DNA of 64,000 nucleotides from an uncultured delta proteobacterium (GTDB lineage Bacteria > Desulfobacterota > Binatia > UBA9968), in assembly GCA_963737905.1 (NCBI GenBank), contig CAVTUQ010000003.1:1-64000 (forward strand). The letters are read 5' to 3'. Shown one piece after another: positions 40,000-51,695 of this stretch. A program made the position numbers and the translations under genes. Numbering within the stretch: position 1 is the stretch's first letter; every line of letters starts with the position of its first letter. Under the pieces are notes generated by a model. The model searched no databases and had not been told where the DNA came from. It saw only the letters and a list, made by a program, of their open reading frames with translations.

Positions 40000-41407
40000 C
40001 GAATGCGATTTTAATTGCTCTAATGGTAGCCTGCTGCTTGACAAGCGGGGATGTCTTTGAAGCGTTACTCGCAATCCCGAGCGATTTGAGCAGTCGCAGA
40101 AAATATTTTTCGTGGAGACCCAGCGCCCTGGCTGCTGCGGCGCGGTTTCCTTGAGTTTGGGTCAGCGCTCGCATGACCAACTGTCTCCGATAAGCATCCA
40201 TAGCGTCACGATATGAAATACCGTCGGACTGGGGCTCCGACTGGGCCGCAACGATTCTGGCTGGCAGATCGTGGGGAGCAATCTCCGGACCTTGACCTAG
40301 AACGACAGCGCGTTCTATGACATTCGCCAGCTCGCGAACATTTCCTGGCCAATCATAAGCGGCTAGTTTGCCCAGCGCCTCTTCGCTGATCTCATAGAGA
40401 TTCTTTTTTACTTCTTTAGCAAACCGTTCCAGGAAGTGGCGCGCCAGAGCGGGAATATCTTCTCTTCTTTCCTTCAAAGGAGGAAGCGTAATCGGCACCA
40501 CATTCAGACGATGGAAAAGATCTTCTCGAAAGCGTTTCTCCTTGACCGCGAGATCCAGGTCACGATTCGTCGCGGCAACGATTCTCACATCAACGTGAAT
40601 CGGTCTGACACCCCCGACCCGGTCGAATTCGCGCTCCTGAAGAAATCTTAACAGTTTGGTTTGGAGTTCCTGGGAGACGTCGCCTATCTCGTCGAGAAAA
40701 ACGGTTCCGCCATTCGCCAACTCCATCTTCCCCTTTTTGAGTTGGTCCGCTCCGGTGAATGACCCCTTTTCATGGCCGAAAAGTTCGCTCTCCAGAAGTT
40801 CCCTGGATAACCCGACGCAGTTAATAGCAACGAATGGCTGGCTCTTTCTTTCACTCCAATTATGGATGACGCGGGCGAAAATCTCCTTGCCGGTGCCGCT
40901 TTCTCCCAGCAGCAAAATAGTAGCCTTGCTCGTCGCTGCTTTTCTAGCCGTCTCGACTGCGTCCTTCATGTTTTCGCTTTTGCCAACAACCAAATGATAG
41001 CGCTTGCCCGCGTCTTCAGAGAAAAGTGCCAGTTCCCTTTTTAGCCCTTCCCTCTCCAGTGCTTTACGAACCACAATATCGAAATGATTCGCGTCGACAG
41101 GCTTCGTGATGAAGTCATGGGCGCCTTCCTTCATCGCCTCAACCGCAGTCTCTATAGAGCCATGGGCGGTAATGACTATAACCGGAACATTGATTTCTTC
41201 CTTGCGTAGTGCGCGGAGCACCTCGATCCCACCCACTTTGGGCATTTGCAAATCCAGCAACACCAGATCCGGCATGTCCTTCCGGAGTGCGGTGAGAGCC
41301 TGCTCGCCGTTACCGGCTGTCGCCACGTCGCATTCCAGCGGCCGAAGCCTTACCTCTAAGAGACGCCGTGAAGCAGGATCGTCGTCGACCACGAGAACTC
41401 TGTTCAT
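39953..41407 (-). CDS. Sigma-54-dependent response regulator (NtrC/AtoC family)
   Basis: Receiver VVDDD/LLDLQMP; GESGTGKE; GSFTGA; FLDEIG; WPGNVREL; Fis HTH; tail runs into the MITE. Confidence 0.93.
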   Translation of the reverse strand: MNRVLVVDDDPASRRLLEVRLRPLECDVATAGNGEQALTALRKDMPDLVLLDLQMPKVGGIEVLRALRKEEINVPVIVITAHGSIETAVEAMKEGAHDFITKPVDANHFDIVVRKALEREGLKRELALFSEDAGKRYHLVVGKSENMKDAVETARKAATSKATILLLGESGTGKEIFARVIHNWSERKSQPFVAINCVGLSRELLESELFGHEKGSFTGADQLKKGKMELANGGTVFLDEIGDVSQELQTKLLRFLQEREFDRVGGVRPIHVDVRIVAATNRDLDLAVKEKRFREDLFHRLNVVPITLPPLKERREDIPALARHFLERFAKEVKKNLYEISEEALGKLAAYDWPGNVRELANVIERAVVLGQGPEIAPHDLPARIVAAQSEPQSDGISYRDAMDAYRRQLVMRALTQTQGNRAAAARALGLHEKYFLRLLKSLGIASNASKTSPLVKQQATIRAIKIAFAGRSKMLRGEAREDR

Positions 41408-41450
41408 CTATGAAAACTTCGGTTGCTGCTGTTGGATTTTGATTTATTGG

Positions 41451-41533
41451 CTCACCACGAAGAGCACTAAGGACACGAAGGTTATATTCATTTTACACTT
41501 ATGAACTTCGTGCTCGTCGCGATTTTCATAATG
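41451..41533. repeat. 9-mer hairpin (CACCACGAAGAGCAC...CTTCGTGCTC)
   Basis: CACGAAG units followed by CTTCGTG units. Confidence 0.55.
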
Positions 41534-41545
41534 AAATTTCTGTTT

Positions 41546-41635
41546 CTATTTTGGCTTGCGTGCAGCCGTACTGTGTCCTTTGCGCTGGATCTGTAGATAC
41601 TGCTTGATCAGCGCGCTGGTGTCAAAGTAGCGCAC
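41546..41635 (-). pseudogene. Truncated VapC/PIN toxin
   Basis: VRYFDTSALIKQYL (PIN N-terminal motif), then unrelated sequence and a stop after 29 aa; overlaps the antitoxin end. Confidence 0.65.
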
Positions 41636-41915
41636 CGCGATCCTCCAACACCGCCTCAGCAATCCGCGCATTTCGGATCTTAAGCGCACGCTTAACCGGC
41701 CTTGGTTTACGCTTCGATGGCCGAAGCAGTCCCTTTTCCGCTAAAGAATTTAGCACTTTGTCAATTTCCTTGCCCTGCGGTCGAATCGGGATCATTTTCG
41801 CGACAGGCCTATTGCGCACCGTAACCGTGAGGCTATCCCCCGCCTCTACCGCGCGCAGGTAACGGGCTAGCTGAGTCTTCAGTTGGCGCATTCCTGCATA
41901 TTTCATTGTGGTCAC
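41622..41915 (-). CDS. Phd/YefM family antitoxin
   Basis: GMRQLKTQLARYL..V..G....VT.RNRPVAKMIP. Confidence 0.85.
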   Translation of the reverse strand: MTTMKYAGMRQLKTQLARYLRAVEAGDSLTVTVRNRPVAKMIPIRPQGKEIDKVLNSLAEKGLLRPSKRKPRPVKRALKIRNARIAEAVLEDRGALL

Positions 41916-41968
41916 ATTCTCGAATATTGTAGTCTGAAGCTCAACAACCGTCAGTTGTATTCCGTCCT

Positions 41969-42364
41969 TTATCCTCGATTGTCCATCTTCGATTTATCAC
42001 CGAGGCGCGCGGCTATTTCCTGGATGAATATATTTTTGTCGATGGGCTTGGTGACATAGCCGGCACAGCCGGCGGCCAGCGCTTTCTCCCGATCTCCCTT
42101 CATCGCGTAGGAGGTCACGGCTATGACCGGAATATCAGCCGTGGCCGGCTGCTCCTTTAGTTTCCGGGTAGCCTCCAGTCCATCCATTCCTGGGAGCTGG
42201 ATATCCATCACAATCAGATCGGGCCGCTCTTTTTCAAGCATCTCCAACGCCTCCAGCGCCGTAGTCGCCTCACGCACCTCGTACCCATGCGCCCGAAGCA
42301 GAAACACCGCCAGACGCCGATTCACCGGATTATCTTCAACAAGAAGAATATTTTTTCCATACAT
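41969..42364 (-). CDS. Single-domain response regulator (DivK/CheY-like)
   Basis: ILLVEDN, MDIQLPGMDG, VTSYAM.GD...L.AGC.GYVTKP. Confidence 0.93.
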   Translation of the reverse strand: MYGKNILLVEDNPVNRRLAVFLLRAHGYEVREATTALEALEMLEKERPDLIVMDIQLPGMDGLEATRKLKEQPATADIPVIAVTSYAMKGDREKALAAGCAGYVTKPIDKNIFIQEIAARLGDKSKMDNRG

Positions 42365-42379
42365 AACGATTCTCTATTT

Positions 42380-42687
42380 TAACCACAGAGACGCAGAGTT
42401 CGCAGAGATCGGAGAATTTTTTACCAAGAACTCTTTACTCAGTGTCCTCCGCGTCTCCGCGGTGAATTATTGGTTTTTCATTTGGATTTGTTTCGAATTT
42501 CGGATTTCGATATTCGAATTTGTAATTTTGTTTATCCTTAGCGCCTTTGCGTCTTTGCGGTAAATATCTGTTGTCCGGATTCGGATTTTCTCCCGCCAAG
42601 TCGCCAAGACGCGAAGTTTTGGAATCAATTCCATATCCCGCGAAATTCATTTCTTACCTTGGCGCCTTTGCGTCTTTGCGGGAGAAT
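42380..42687. repeat. Cluster of stacked periodic repeats
   Basis: 9-mer hairpin 42380-42467; (TTCGRAT)n 42480-42521; CTTTGCG arm 42535-42562; CGCCAAG/CTTGGCG hairpin 42591-42687. Confidence 0.75.
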
Positions 42688-42691
42688 ATCC

Positions 42692-45600
42692 CTATCCCAT
42701 TGGGATCGTAAAGAAAAACCTGCTTCCCTTTCCTACTTCGCTCTCAACCCAAATTTTGCCGCCGTGCATCTCCACAAACTTCCTTGCCAGCGCAAGCCCC
42801 AGGCCGGTGCCTTGAGGTTTGCCCGCATCGCTGCCCGCTTGCTGAAATTCGAGGAAGATCCTTTCTTGGTCTTCTGGCGCGATTCCCGGGCCGGTATCGC
42901 CGACCTCGACGCGCACGACTCCGTCCTCAGAGTCCGCCCGCACCCAGATCCGTCCCCCCTCCGGTGTGAACTTAACGGCGTTTCCCACCAGATTCAAAAG
43001 CACCTGCTTGACTCGAGCGCCGTCCATTGGAAATGGCTCAGGCAACTCTCCGCTCTCGACATGAAGATTGATCGTCTTTCTTCACTGCCAGCGACCGCAT
43101 GGTGTTCTGAACCGACTCCAGAATATCCTCAGCAACACCGGCTCGATTTGCAGCTCCATCTTTCCGGCCTCGATCTTTGCCAGATCAAGGATTTCATTGA
43201 TCAGGCCGAGTAGATGCCTGCCGCTGCTCAAGACATCCGTCAGGAATTGTGATTGTTCTTCCTCGGTAACCTTCAATGAGGGATCCAACAGGACCTCGGA
43301 GAAACCGATGATCGCGTTAAGGGGCGTGCGCAGTTCGTGCGACATATTGGCGAGAAACTCCGACTTGTGCCGATTGGCCGCCTCGATCTGCCGGCCCTTG
43401 TCCTCGATCTCGCTGAACAGTCGCGCATTCTCGATCGCCACTTTGGACTGGCTGGCCAGCGCGGTGAGAAGGTTGACCACGCGGTCGTCAAACTGACCCG
43501 GCGATCGGCGCAGAAAGACGATTCCGCGCGTCGGTACTGATCGCCTCGTCATCGGAACCGTCAGCAACGATCGGAACCCCGCCTCTAGAGCAAATTCACG
43601 GAAAGGATGGTCATATGCGTACTGCCATGTCCGGGACTTGGATCGGCTGCCCGCTTTCGGCGGCCTGGCCGATCGTCGTTTTGCCTAGATCAATCGTCGT
43701 CTTATGGATTGCGTCGAGAAATGCGTTGCTCAGATTATGGCTGGCGACGACATCGAAGGCTTGACGGGTCGAGTTAAACTCAAAGACCCCGCAGCCATCC
43801 GACTTCGAGAGATTCACCGCATAGCCGGCAACCGCGTCGAGTACATGCTGCAGATCCAGTGAAGAACTGACCGCCCGGCTGACCTCGCTGAGGGCGCGCA
43901 CCTCCTCGAGAGAAATCTGAAGCTCCCGCGTGCGCTCCTGGATTTCTTGAAAAAGGCGAACGTTTTCGATCGCAATAACCGCCTGGTCGGCGAAAGTCTT
44001 GACCAGCGCCACTTGTTTATCACTAAACGGCCTCACTTCCCTCCGCCAAGTCGTGATGACGCCGATGAGTTTATCCTCCCGAAGCATGGGAACGGACAGA
44101 ACCGTGCGTACGTTCTCTTTTTCGTAAAGCGCTCGCGGCTCGGGAGAAAAAGCCGGATCGGACAGCAAATCAGCTACGTGAATCGTCCGGCGTTCCAAAG
44201 CAGCCAAACGAGTGGTCGTCTCGCGGCTGGGGCTCGGCCGGATTTGTTCTAAATGCTCGGCAAACTCCTGCGTGGTTCCATGACTCGCAGCCGTGCTGAG
44301 TAGTTCGCCGTCGTACAAGAAAAGTGCCGCGATATTTGCCTCGCACAAGCGCGTGGTGTTGGCAAGGATCGCTTGATACACCGGCTGCAATGCGACGGGC
44401 GAGTGCGCGATGACGTTGAGCACCTCGCTTGTTGCCGTTTGCTGCTCAAGAGCCTCGCTGAGGTCCCGGTTGCGTGTCTGTAGTTCCTGCAGCAAACGGA
44501 CGTTCTCGATGGCGATCACTGCCTGGTCAGCGAAAGTCGTAACGAGTTCAATTTGCTTGTCAGTAAACGGCCGGACCTCCTCTCGCCACATTCCAATAAT
44601 CCCAAGGGGCACTCCCTCCCTGAGCAGTGGAACCCCAAGCAATGTCCGGTACCCTGCCACCTTCTGGCTCTCTGCCCACTGATACTCTGGATCAGCCAGG
44701 CAGTCCTCGATGTGAACCGTGCGGCGCTCAAGCAGGGTTCTTCCTAGAAGAGTGCCCCGACCAGGTGGGGGTGGGTTTCGCTCATAGAAAGCTATCAACT
44801 CGGGCGATGCGCCCCAGGCGGCTGCGATGCGGAGCCGTTCTCCGTCTGGCCTAAAGATGAATCCCGTGACCGCATCGCAGAGCCTCGTGGCGTTCTCAAC
44901 AAGCGTCTCAAGTACTGGCTGAAGATCGAAGGTTGAGCGGCTGATGACTTTCAGAACTTCGCTCGTGGCAGTCTGCTGCTCTAAGGCCTCGGTGAGGTCA
45001 CGGTTACGTTCCTGCAGTTCCTTGAACAACCGCACGTTTTCGATAGCGATCACGGCCTGATCAGCGAAGGTCTTGAGAAGAGCGATCTGCTTGTCAGTAA
45101 ACGAACGGACTTCCGTTCGACGAATTACAATTACCCCGATTGCGACGCCCTCTCGAAGCAATGGCGTGGCAAGAATAGTTCGACTGCCCGTAAGCTGCTG
45201 CGCCATTTTGGCCTCTGGGAACTCGGTTTCAACCTCTGCCGCAAGGTCATGCACGTGAATCGTCTGGCGGTCAACCATGGCCCGGCAGCCGGGTATGCCA
45301 CGAGTAATCGGTAGCTCGTGAACTCTCGCCATCGGTCCGTATAAGGCCACATTGCGGACGATATCACCGTCAACACGAAGAATGTCCGCATCCTCGGCGT
45401 CGCACAACCGCGCCGCGCTCTCCGCGACCACATCCAACACAGGCTGAACATTAGTCGGCGAGCTGGCAATTACTTCTAGAATCTTGCTGGTAGCCTCTGC
45501 TGCTCTAGAGCTTCCGAAAGATCACGATTCCGGGATTGAAGTTCCTGAAGCAGCCGCACGTTCTCAATTGCGATCACCGCCTGATCCGCGAAGGTCTTGA

Positions 45601-48600
45601 GCAGAGAGATTTGCTTCTCTGAGAATGGGCGGACCTCGGTGCGCCGGATCAGAATCACACCAATCGCAAGCCCTTCTCGTTCCAACGGGGCAACCAGTAT
45701 GGTTCGGACACCCTCCCGGTCGACGGCAACCTGAGCATCCGGGAACTCGGTTGCGTCAAGGGACGTCATATCCTCAATGTGGATCAGTTCATTGTCGATG
45801 ACCGCGCGGCCAGCAACCGAACCGCGACTAATCGCCAGCTCGGCGGCCATAAAAAACGGGATCGATCCTTTATGAGTCGTCAGACGAAGAATATTGTTCT
45901 CCACGATTCGAATCGAAGCGTCGTCCGCGTTGCACACTCGGGCAGCGCTATCGGCGATGGCGTCCAACACCGGCTGGATATCCGTCGGTGAGCTTGCGAT
46001 GACGCCTAAGATTTCGCTCGTCGCAGTTTGCTGTTCCAACGACTCCTTCAGCTCTTGGAACAGCCGCACGTTCTCGATGGCAATCACCGCTTGGTCAGCG
46101 AAGGTTTCGAGAAGTTTGATCTGCGCCGGGGTGAAGGGACGCACCTCGATGCGACGCGCGGTCAGTCCTCCAATGAGTTCCTCCTGCTGACGAAGGGGAA
46201 CAGCCAAGAAGGTGCGCCACCCGCTGACATTCAGCGGCGTGGGTTTGGTAGTGTCATTCTGTACGCTGACGTCGGGAATGTGGAGCGTGCCATGCTCGCG
46301 CATCCAGCGATACTGTGAATCATCCGCACTGATCTCGACACGGCCAATTGGTATGGGACCAAAATGCGCTCGCGAAACCATCGTGTTCCGATCGCGGAAT
46401 CGCAGCACCACGTCATCAATCCCACAAACCCGGGCGGCGCTCTCGACGATGGCATCGAGCACCGGCTGCACGTCCGTGGGCGAGCGGCTGATGATGCTAA
46501 GCACCTCGGCCGTTGCCGTCTGATGCTCCAGCGCTTCGCGTAATTCTGCATTGCGCTCCTGCAGTTCTTTAAACAAGCGGACGTTCTCGATGGCGATCAC
46601 GGCTTGATCGGCAAAGGTTTTGACCAATTCCATCTGTCGCTCGGTGAATGGCTCGACAAGGTCACGCCAAATCGAGATCGTTCCAATTGACGCTCCTTCT
46701 CTCAAAAGCGGGACGACCATCAGTGTACGCATACCCAGTTCACGGTTATGCGCCTGTAGCCCGTAGAACAAATGCACGTCTTGGGTCTCTGCCTGAGCGT
46801 CAAGTATATGTTGAGTTTTCCGTTCGACAAAAGCACGACCACTCAGGCTCTCTAAGCCTGGCCGAAGGGGTGTGTCTTGAATCTTTGCTATTTGTTCGGC
46901 GGTTTCGTTGTAATGAGCGACGACTCGAAGAAACTCGCCATCGTACTGCCGGATGTGGCCCTGCTTGGCGCCCGCGAGTGTTACGGCATTCGCAATCACT
47001 GTATCGAGAACCGGCTGGAGTTCAGTAGGCGAGCTGGCGATGACACGGAGCACCTCGCTTGTCGCCGTCTGTTGCTCCAGCGCTTCGGTTAGATCGCGAT
47101 TTCGGTTTTGGAGCTCTTGAAGCAAGCGCACGTTCTCAATCGCGATGACCGCCTGATCTGCGAAGGTTGTCACAAGCTCGATCTGTTTTTCGGTGAATGG
47201 GCACACTTCGTTCCTGTGGAGGACAAACACACCGACGAGAGCCCCGTCCCTAAGCATAGGCACTCCCAAATTCGTCCGAAAGCCTCCCCGCTTCTGAGCC
47301 TCCGTAAATTGATACTCCGGATCTGCCAGGACATCCGGGATATGCACCGTTCTCTGCTCAACGGCTACCCGCCCCAAGACGGTCCCTCGCCCAGGGCGGA
47401 TCGTCTGGGTTTCAATGAATTCCTTGTAGTCGTCCGAGACGCCGTAGGCCGCAGCCATGTGGTATCCATCCCGTTCCGCGTTCATGATGAACCCCTGATC
47501 GGCCGCGCATAACCTAGCCGCGTTCTCAAGAAGGGTTTCGAGAACAATCTGGAGATCAAACGCCGAGCGGCTGATCACCTTGAGCACTTCACTTGTGGCA
47601 GTCTGCTGTTCCAGGGCTTCGGTAAGATCGCGGTTGCGAGCTTGAAGTTCGTTGAACAGCCGCACGTTCTCGATCGCGATGGCTGCTTGGTCAGCGAAAG
47701 TCTGGAGAAGAGCAATTTGTTTCTCTGTAAAAGGTCGAACCTCCGTACGGCGTATATGAATTGCTCCGATCGCAATCCCTTGACGAAGAAGAGGCGTAAC
47801 GAGATCGGTCCGCACGTCGACGGATTGACTGATAGTCCGGGCTGCCGGAAATTCGGCTTGGGCTTCTGGACTTGATAGATCATGGATGTGGATGGTCTCG
47901 CGATCGATCATTGCTCTGCCCAGAGGTCCACGCCGGTTCATCGACCTAACTTCCTCGGCCCGGGCAATCGGGAGCGATCCATGCGACGCTGCGAGCCAAA
48001 ACTTGTTGACATCCGCGCGCCAAATTGCCGCGTCGCTCGCTTCGCAAAGTCGCGCAGCATTTGCTGCGACAGTGTTCAACACCGGCTGGATATCCGTCGG
48101 TGACCTGGCGATGACGCCTAGTATTTCGCTCGTCGCGGTCTGCTGCTCTAAGGATTCCTTAAGTTCCTTGAACAAGCGCACGTTCTCGATCGCGATCACC
48201 GCTTGCGACGCAAAGGTCTCTAGCAACGCCACCTGCTTGTCAGTGAAGGGCTTCACTTCCGTACGTCGGATGGCGATCACCCCGATGGCCGTCCCCTCCC
48301 GCAGCAGCGGCGTCACAAGAAAGGTTCGAATACCACGCCCTATGTGAGAGCTGTCCGGGAACCTCTCAGCCTCCGCCTGAAGGTCTGGAATGTGGATCGT
48401 CCTGCGCTGGAGCAAAGCCTCGTTGCCAACCGAGCGCGATCTCAAGCCTCTCTGGCCCGGTCCGCCAGGTGGTATTGTCCCGAAGTGCGCCGCCAGGAAC
48501 ATCTCATCACCTTCAAGCAGGCGAATCGTCGCGTCATCGGAACCGCACACCCGAGCCGCACTCTGGGCAATTGCATCCAGCACTGGTTGAATGTCCGTCG

Positions 48601-49292
48601 GCGATCTCGCGATCACCCCCAGTATTTCACTCGTCGCAGTTTGCTGTTCCAACGCCTCATTCAGCTCTTGGAACAACCGCACGTTCTCGATTGCGATGAC
48701 CGCTTGATCGGCAAGTGTTTTAAGGAGGGCGATTTGGTTTTCACTAAAAGGACCAGGGTGTTCCCGACCTACTCCAACGGCGCCGATGGGGCGCCCGTTG
48801 TGGAGCAGCGGTACGGTTAAGAAGAGCCCGGGTCCGCGTGCTGTCTGCAACGTCCCGCCGGAATTCGCTGTCCTCATATGTGTCGGGGATGTGAACCACA
48901 GTCCCGTCGAGAATTGCGCGTTCGATCGCGAATTCCCTCGTTGGCGGCTTTGGAAACCGCCGCTGCATGAACTCATGCACTTCCTCCGCAATGTTGTATT
49001 GGGCAATAAGGTCAACCAGTTCTCCATCATACCGAACAACGCTGGCTCCCAAGCCCCCACACAGTCGAGCGGCGTTCTTGACGATAGCGTCGAATACCGG
49101 CTGCAAATCAGTGGGCGAGCTAGCGAAAACGCGGAGGATCTCGCTGGTCGTGGTCTGTTGCTCTGTGGCTTCGGCGAGCTCACGCTCGCACGATTGAAGA
49201 CGCTCGGTGACGCGCTGTAGTTTCTTTTTGAGTCGGCTCAATTCGGTCAGCTTGCGCACTCTTTTTATCTTTTTAGTTCCAAGGCGGGGCAT
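42692..49292 (-). CDS. Giant sensor histidine kinase with 11 tandem GAF domains (~2200 aa), split by at least 4 frameshifts
   Basis: Pieces 48744-49292, 45476-49183, 43611-45440, 43082-43567 and 42692-43045 join; 11 x AIEN(V/A)RL; His[11 protein letters not shown]; NAVKFT, DTGPG, GTGLGL. Confidence 0.9.
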
Positions 49293-49349
49293 CTTGGATC
49301 TCCTAAGTCCTGTTTCGTGGGCTCCTCTGGGTTCAATGCGGAAGAATAT

Positions 49350-49488
49350 TCACCACAGAGACACCGCGCGGCAAAAGCTGCAACCAAAGATTCGGAATAT
49401 CTGCCGCAAAGCATGTCCTGAGCCAGGTCGAAGGGGCCGCAAAGAAAATTGTTATACGAACTTGGCGCTCTTCGCGTCTCTGCGGTGA
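49350..49488. repeat. Composite 9-mer/REP-like element upstream of the GAF kinase
   Basis: TCACCACAGAGACA...GCGTCTCTGCGGTGA outer arms enclosing CCGCAAAG and CCTGAGCC..GAAGG units. Confidence 0.6.
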
Positions 49489-49753
49489 GGATATCCGAGG
49501 CTCAGCGCCTCCGCAGTGCGTTTTCTTCTGGTTCAAGAACCTATTCGAGCACGAACTGAGGTGTCAACAGTGGGAAAGCCGTCAACCGGATAACGGCCCG
49601 AGTAAGACCACTCATCTCCGGTCGGGCAACGTTTTCGACGGAGGGGACTCACCTCTTCGGCTCGATCATACTGTCTCAGCGACAGCAAGATTTTGTTCAT
49701 TGCTGGTTAACCAATATCACCGTCACGCACTCCCAGGAGCCATGCTGATCAAC

Positions 49754-50290
49754 CTAGAAAATGCCCGTGGGTTTGCCGTCCAGACTGACCTGATTCATCT
49801 CTTGCCACCACTCTTTGAGGCCGCTATCGCCTTTTTTCTCCGCCCAATGGAGCAGCGCCTCGCGGGGGCCGCGGAACTCGAAGACGGGAACCCCCATGCC
49901 GCAGGACCTGAGGACGAGATCTACCGTCAGATCGAAGATCTGCCGGGCACCCGGGAGCGCGGGGAACAGCAGCGCCAACTTGTCCCAGCTTAAATCGCGT
50001 GGATGGATGACAGTGGCATTGCCGTACGCACGTAAGATCATCGGGTTGCCCTCAAACGCACACCACATCAGCGTCATCCGTGGCGTTTCTCTCAGGTGCG
50101 CGGCGCTCTCGTTCTCGCCGCCTGTTAGATTCAGCCACACGACGCGGTGCGGCCCAAGCACCCGCAACGTATCCATCCCCTTGAGGGATATATTCACTCT
50201 TCCGTCCCGTGCTGCTGTCCCGACAAAGAAGATTTTCTGTTGTTCGATGAAGTTGCGAAAACGGTCGGTGATCTCAGGAAATTGTGGCAT
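49754..50290 (-). CDS. Pyridoxamine 5'-phosphate oxidase-family FMN-binding protein
   Basis: FIEQQKIFFVGTA, NIS.KG, LTG..NE..AHL, SCG.GVP, SLDG.P. Confidence 0.88.
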   Translation of the reverse strand: MPQFPEITDRFRNFIEQQKIFFVGTAARDGRVNISLKGMDTLRVLGPHRVVWLNLTGGENESAAHLRETPRMTLMWCAFEGNPMILRAYGNATVIHPRDLSWDKLALLFPALPGARQIFDLTVDLVLRSCGMGVPVFEFRGPREALLHWAEKKGDSGLKEWWQEMNQVSLDGKPTGIF

Positions 50291-50387
50291 GAGCGCGTCC
50301 CTCCTCCGTGTGCACTGCACAAGCTAAACCGCTACCGGATTGTTAACCAATCGCCCTATTCGACTTTTTGCCATTTCTCCTTCCAAC

Positions 50388-51376
50388 CTATACAAAAGCC
50401 TCCACAATCGAGACATCGGATTCCGTCGGCACAACGCGTTGCAACTGAAAGCCCGCTTGGCCGAGCAGAGCCGAATATTCATCCGCCGTCCTAAGCCGCC
50501 CGTGCATCATAACGAGAAAGGTCATGTCGTATAAATGCGCCGGGCATTGCTCATTCGGCGGACCAATCAATGGTTCGATGATCAGCAGGCGTGCGTCGCC
50601 ATTCATCGCCCGCCGGCAATTTTTGAGTATTCGGAGTGCTTCTTCTTCGGTCCAGTCGAAAAGTATGCGTTTTAAAATGTAAGTATCGCCATCAGGCGGA
50701 ACGCCGTCAAAGAAGTCTCCCGCCACCAAATTGCATCGGGGCAACGGACCACCTCGCCCCGCCTTTGCCGCATCGATGGCCGATGGCTGATCGAATAGCA
50801 CGCCCGAGAGTTGATCGTTGCGTGCCAAAATTGCAGACAAGAATCCGCCATTGCCGCCACCCACATCCACAACCATTTTACTTTGCGAAAAGTTTAACGC
50901 TTCGAGTGCTGCTGCGGTTTCCGTGCGGCTGCGATTGCTCATGCCCGCGTGAAAGACAGCTTCCTTTTCGGGATTAGCTCGCAGAAAGGCGAAATAATCG
51001 TCGATCGCGGGTTTGCCATTGCGGACACAGTTCGCCATGTCCCTAAAAGCGTCGTAAACAATTTCATGACTGTAAATGGCGTAATCGCGGACGGATTGAG
51101 GCGAGTCCTTGCGTAATGTTTCGCCGAATGGTGTCACAAAGAACCGGTCATTGTCATCTTGGCGCAACACACCAAGGCCGGCCAGCACCCGCATGACACG
51201 ATATAAGGCTGCGGGATCGACTTTAAGTATTTGCGCTAGATCTTGTACGCTTGCTCCCTCATCACCGATATGGTCAGTGAGTTCCAGTTTAGCCGCTACG
51301 TAGATCACCCGGGTGGGGATATACCCATGAACAGACGGACCATGGATTGTGCCAATGTTTGATTTTCGAATGCCAT
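50388..51376 (-). CDS. O-methyltransferase family 2 (frameshift near 51332)
   Basis: GGAGG before ATG 51376; IYVAAKL dimerisation region; VDVGGGNG; GDFF..VP. Confidence 0.88.
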
Positions 51377-51660
51377 GTTTCCTCCGTGACCGGTTAAACC
51401 AGCAAGGAGTAGTAGATGAAAGAGTTACAAGCCGGGGTTAGCGGGCTGGTTTGGCCCCAATCATCCGCTGACTTTGGTTTCAATATTGCCTTCTTACACC
51501 TTAACAAAACTCCGGCGCCATCGACTCAATCCGAGACCTCGCTCCGGCTTGATACCCCCACAGTAGCGAGAAAGTTCGGATTGGTCATGCTCCGTTATCC
51601 GACCTAGGTCCTTTGCGACCTCCTTCACTTCGTGGTGAGATATCCGAATTCCCGTTTACA

Positions 51661-51695
51661 ACCACTCGTCACTCGACCCTCGTCACCCGGTCACG
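51661..51695. repeat. Heptamer arm (CACTCGT)n
   Basis: CACTCGT CACTCGA CCCTCGT CAC; reverse-complement family at ~61536-61560. Confidence 0.6.

Noticed and set aside
43950-48720. Regularly spaced ~40-nt repeats that could suggest a CRISPR or other DNA array
   Set aside because: Spacing is ~500-550 nt, the copies vary at third codon positions and encode the GAF linker; no cas genes
49560-49700. GGGAAAGCCG resembling a cobalamin riboswitch core
   Set aside because: The rest of the B12-box consensus is absent and no B12 gene follows
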